A stretch of DNA of 64,000 nt, taken from NCBI RefSeq assembly GCF_009914755.1, contig NC_060940.1; one strand, written 5' to 3'. Shown here piece by piece: positions 61,730-64,000 of the stretch. The first letter of the stretch is position 1; each line of letters opens with the position of its first letter. A model generated the notes under the pieces. That model was not told the DNA's origin. It was given only the letters and a program-made list of their open reading frames with translations, and made no database searches. The DNA is from the human T2T-CHM13v2.0 reference genome, Homo sapiens. Made by a program: the position numbers and the translations under genes.

Positions 61730-62215
61730 ATGTTTAAAATTCCTATACCATACCCTTCGACGCAGCCATTCCAACTCTCCTACAGATACAGTTGTACATG
61801 TATAAAGATAAATGTGCTAGACATTGGTAATAATAATGAGAAATTGGAAACAATATGTATCAGCAATGGACTGAGTAAATAAGCCATATATATGCACACT
61901 GTGGAATACCAGCTGTTAAACGTAATGAGAAAATGTACGTATACTGACATGAAAAGATGCCCAGGATATTTATTTAAAGTAATAATAAGCAAGTTGCAGG
62001 TGTATATATGGCATGATCCCATTTCTATGTATTTATATTACACATTTTGATACATGCATACCAAAAAGACCGAAGGCCATGCATGACACTGGAGAACAGT
62101 CACTAGGGTCTCTATGCGTGTCACTTACCTCTGGGGAAAGTGACTGGTGTTGCAGAGAATTACTTTCACTTCCTCCTTTATATGCTTAGGAATTCTTTGA
62201 ATTTGTGTAACAAAC
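61730..62215 (+). mobile_element. L1ME-type 3'-end fragment
   Basis: aaattggaaacaa; cacactgtggaatacc; ttacctctggggaa. Confidence 0.65.
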
Positions 62216-64000
62216 AAAATACATTTAAAGACATACCACAAACCAATCCCTGAGCCCTGAGATTCTTAAGAGGATGGGGGCACCAGGAACATAAATCATA
62301 CTGCCAGGCCAGAAAACAATGTCTCTGTTGGGTTCCCAACTATATTTCAATTCTGCAAGCCACAGCTGTGCTTCCCACCAACCCAGGCGCTAACACAACA
62401 GCAGCAGTCCAGAAAGGGGAAAACATAGGCCCTAGAGTAGGGCCACTTTGGGTAGGAAAAAAAAGTGCAAATGTATTCTGAAAGCAGATGGTGTCTGGAA
62501 GAGAAAGTGTGTTTGGCAACAAGAAGGGAATCACAGGGGAAGGAGAGAAAAGCAGTAAAAGAGAGACAGCCAAAGGAGGTGGTAATTAAGTGCAAAGCTG
62601 AAGATTTCCAAGGGATTTTTCAGCATTGGCAAGAGTCGGGCCTCTGGACAATTCTGTGGAAGTGTGTAGAGATTGTTTTTCATTTCTTTTCTTTATTAAA
62701 AGTATTCCACTAGAACAGTGCCTCTGAACCATGATATTCTGACAAGAGTTTGTTAGCAATGCTCCAAGTATTAAAGTTTTCCAATAATTTACTTTTCTTT
62801 ATAAAGAGGAGCTGAGGTTGGCTGTCTCCTTGCTGCCATTCTAATATGCTTCCTAGGGTGGGAGACAAAGCCACAGCCAGCCAGGGTTGAGCGAGTTGTG
62901 TACAACCCACACACTATTTGTCTCGCCACCTCCTGACACTGTCACTCTTCTCCGGGCTCTGGAGCTTCCTGTGGGGTCACTGTCTGTAACAGACAAGAGT
63001 GACACCCTTCTCAACCCTTTTACAGCATTAACCAAGGCACAAGCGTCTGAACTGTCCAATAACAAAGAGATTAATTGATGGATTGTTTTGTACCAAACTG
63101 CTTGCTGCCACAGCTGCTCAAAATGTTAATAAGCACTGCTGAACTATGGCCGCTCCAGCAGGGAACAGCTGTAGAGGCTAGAGGCCAGCTCCCCTGCCCA
63201 GTGAGGGACAGATGTCCTTATGTCTATATCGGCCCCTGTGCTCAAACCAGCAACAGTTCACAGACAGGATTATGAAAGGTTTTGCATTTGGTCCTAAGTA
63301 ATCTTTTAATGTCACATAACCTGAACCAAAGCCAAGAATACATTATGACAGTACAAATTATCAACTCTATCTTTGAGATAAGATGTATATTATGCACTAA
63401 ACTCAAGGTCAGGAGACAAGTCTTCTACTCCAGACATATCAAAGCCTTTCTGGGTCTTATAAAATGGGGCTTGTGATTCAAGTTTACTTTCAACAGGAAG
63501 CTTTTGGTTTAAATGAGTTCAAACATTGCATGTAAAGCGCTGAGACTTCAGATACTTGTAAAATAAGCTCAAGTTTAATCTCACATTATATATATATATA
63601 AAACGTATAATAAGCTCAAGTTTAATCTCACATTTTATATCTATACATACAATATGTGTGTATGTATGTGTGTGTGTATATATATAGATATGGAATAATA
63701 AATTAGATAGTCCTTTCTATATTCCACCTGTATCTCACTTACCCCACTTGAAGGTAGAGTTCACTTGTAAATATGTCAGCTGCCTCTCTCAGATAAGGAC
63801 TTCTTTTTTTTTTAACATGACTACAATGACTTTGTCACGTATAACAAAATTAACAAGTCCTTGATATCATCTAATTCTCAGTTCATATAAACTTCCCCCA
63901 ACTCTCTCAAAATGTGTTTTTACAACTGGTTCATTTGAACCAGAATACACACAAGGTTCACTCATTGCATTACATACACACACACTCACACACACTCATA

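Overview
Human genomic DNA: a consensus-like AluYa5 points to human, and primate Alu, L1PA, MER41 and THE1 elements are present. The window is dominated by transposable elements and contains no protein-coding exon I can support. The ORF-track entries are L1 relics, Alu or simple-repeat artefacts, or chance ORFs. The one clear gene landmark is a small CpG-island promoter at ~37.5-38.0 kb with RFX X-box motifs, a CCAAT box and minus-strand splice donors. It probably marks the first exon of a minus-strand gene (not identified; RFX motifs suggest cilia- or testis-related). On that reading 1-37.7 kb is mostly intron and 38-64 kb is upstream sequence. The most notable structures are: (i) a near full-length old L1PA whose target-site duplication encloses ~350 bp of extra non-L1 DNA, a 3' transduction that may have occurred in two rounds; (ii) a ~187-bp inverted duplication of apparently unique DNA, one copy of which interrupts a MIR; (iii) a 40-bp near-perfect palindrome; (iv) deeply nested TEs ending in a pristine AluYa5; (v) a large A/(TA)n expansion in an Alu linker. 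I found no evidence of a wholly new biological system. Repeat subfamily names come from my recall of consensus sequences, and coordinates of old elements are approximate.
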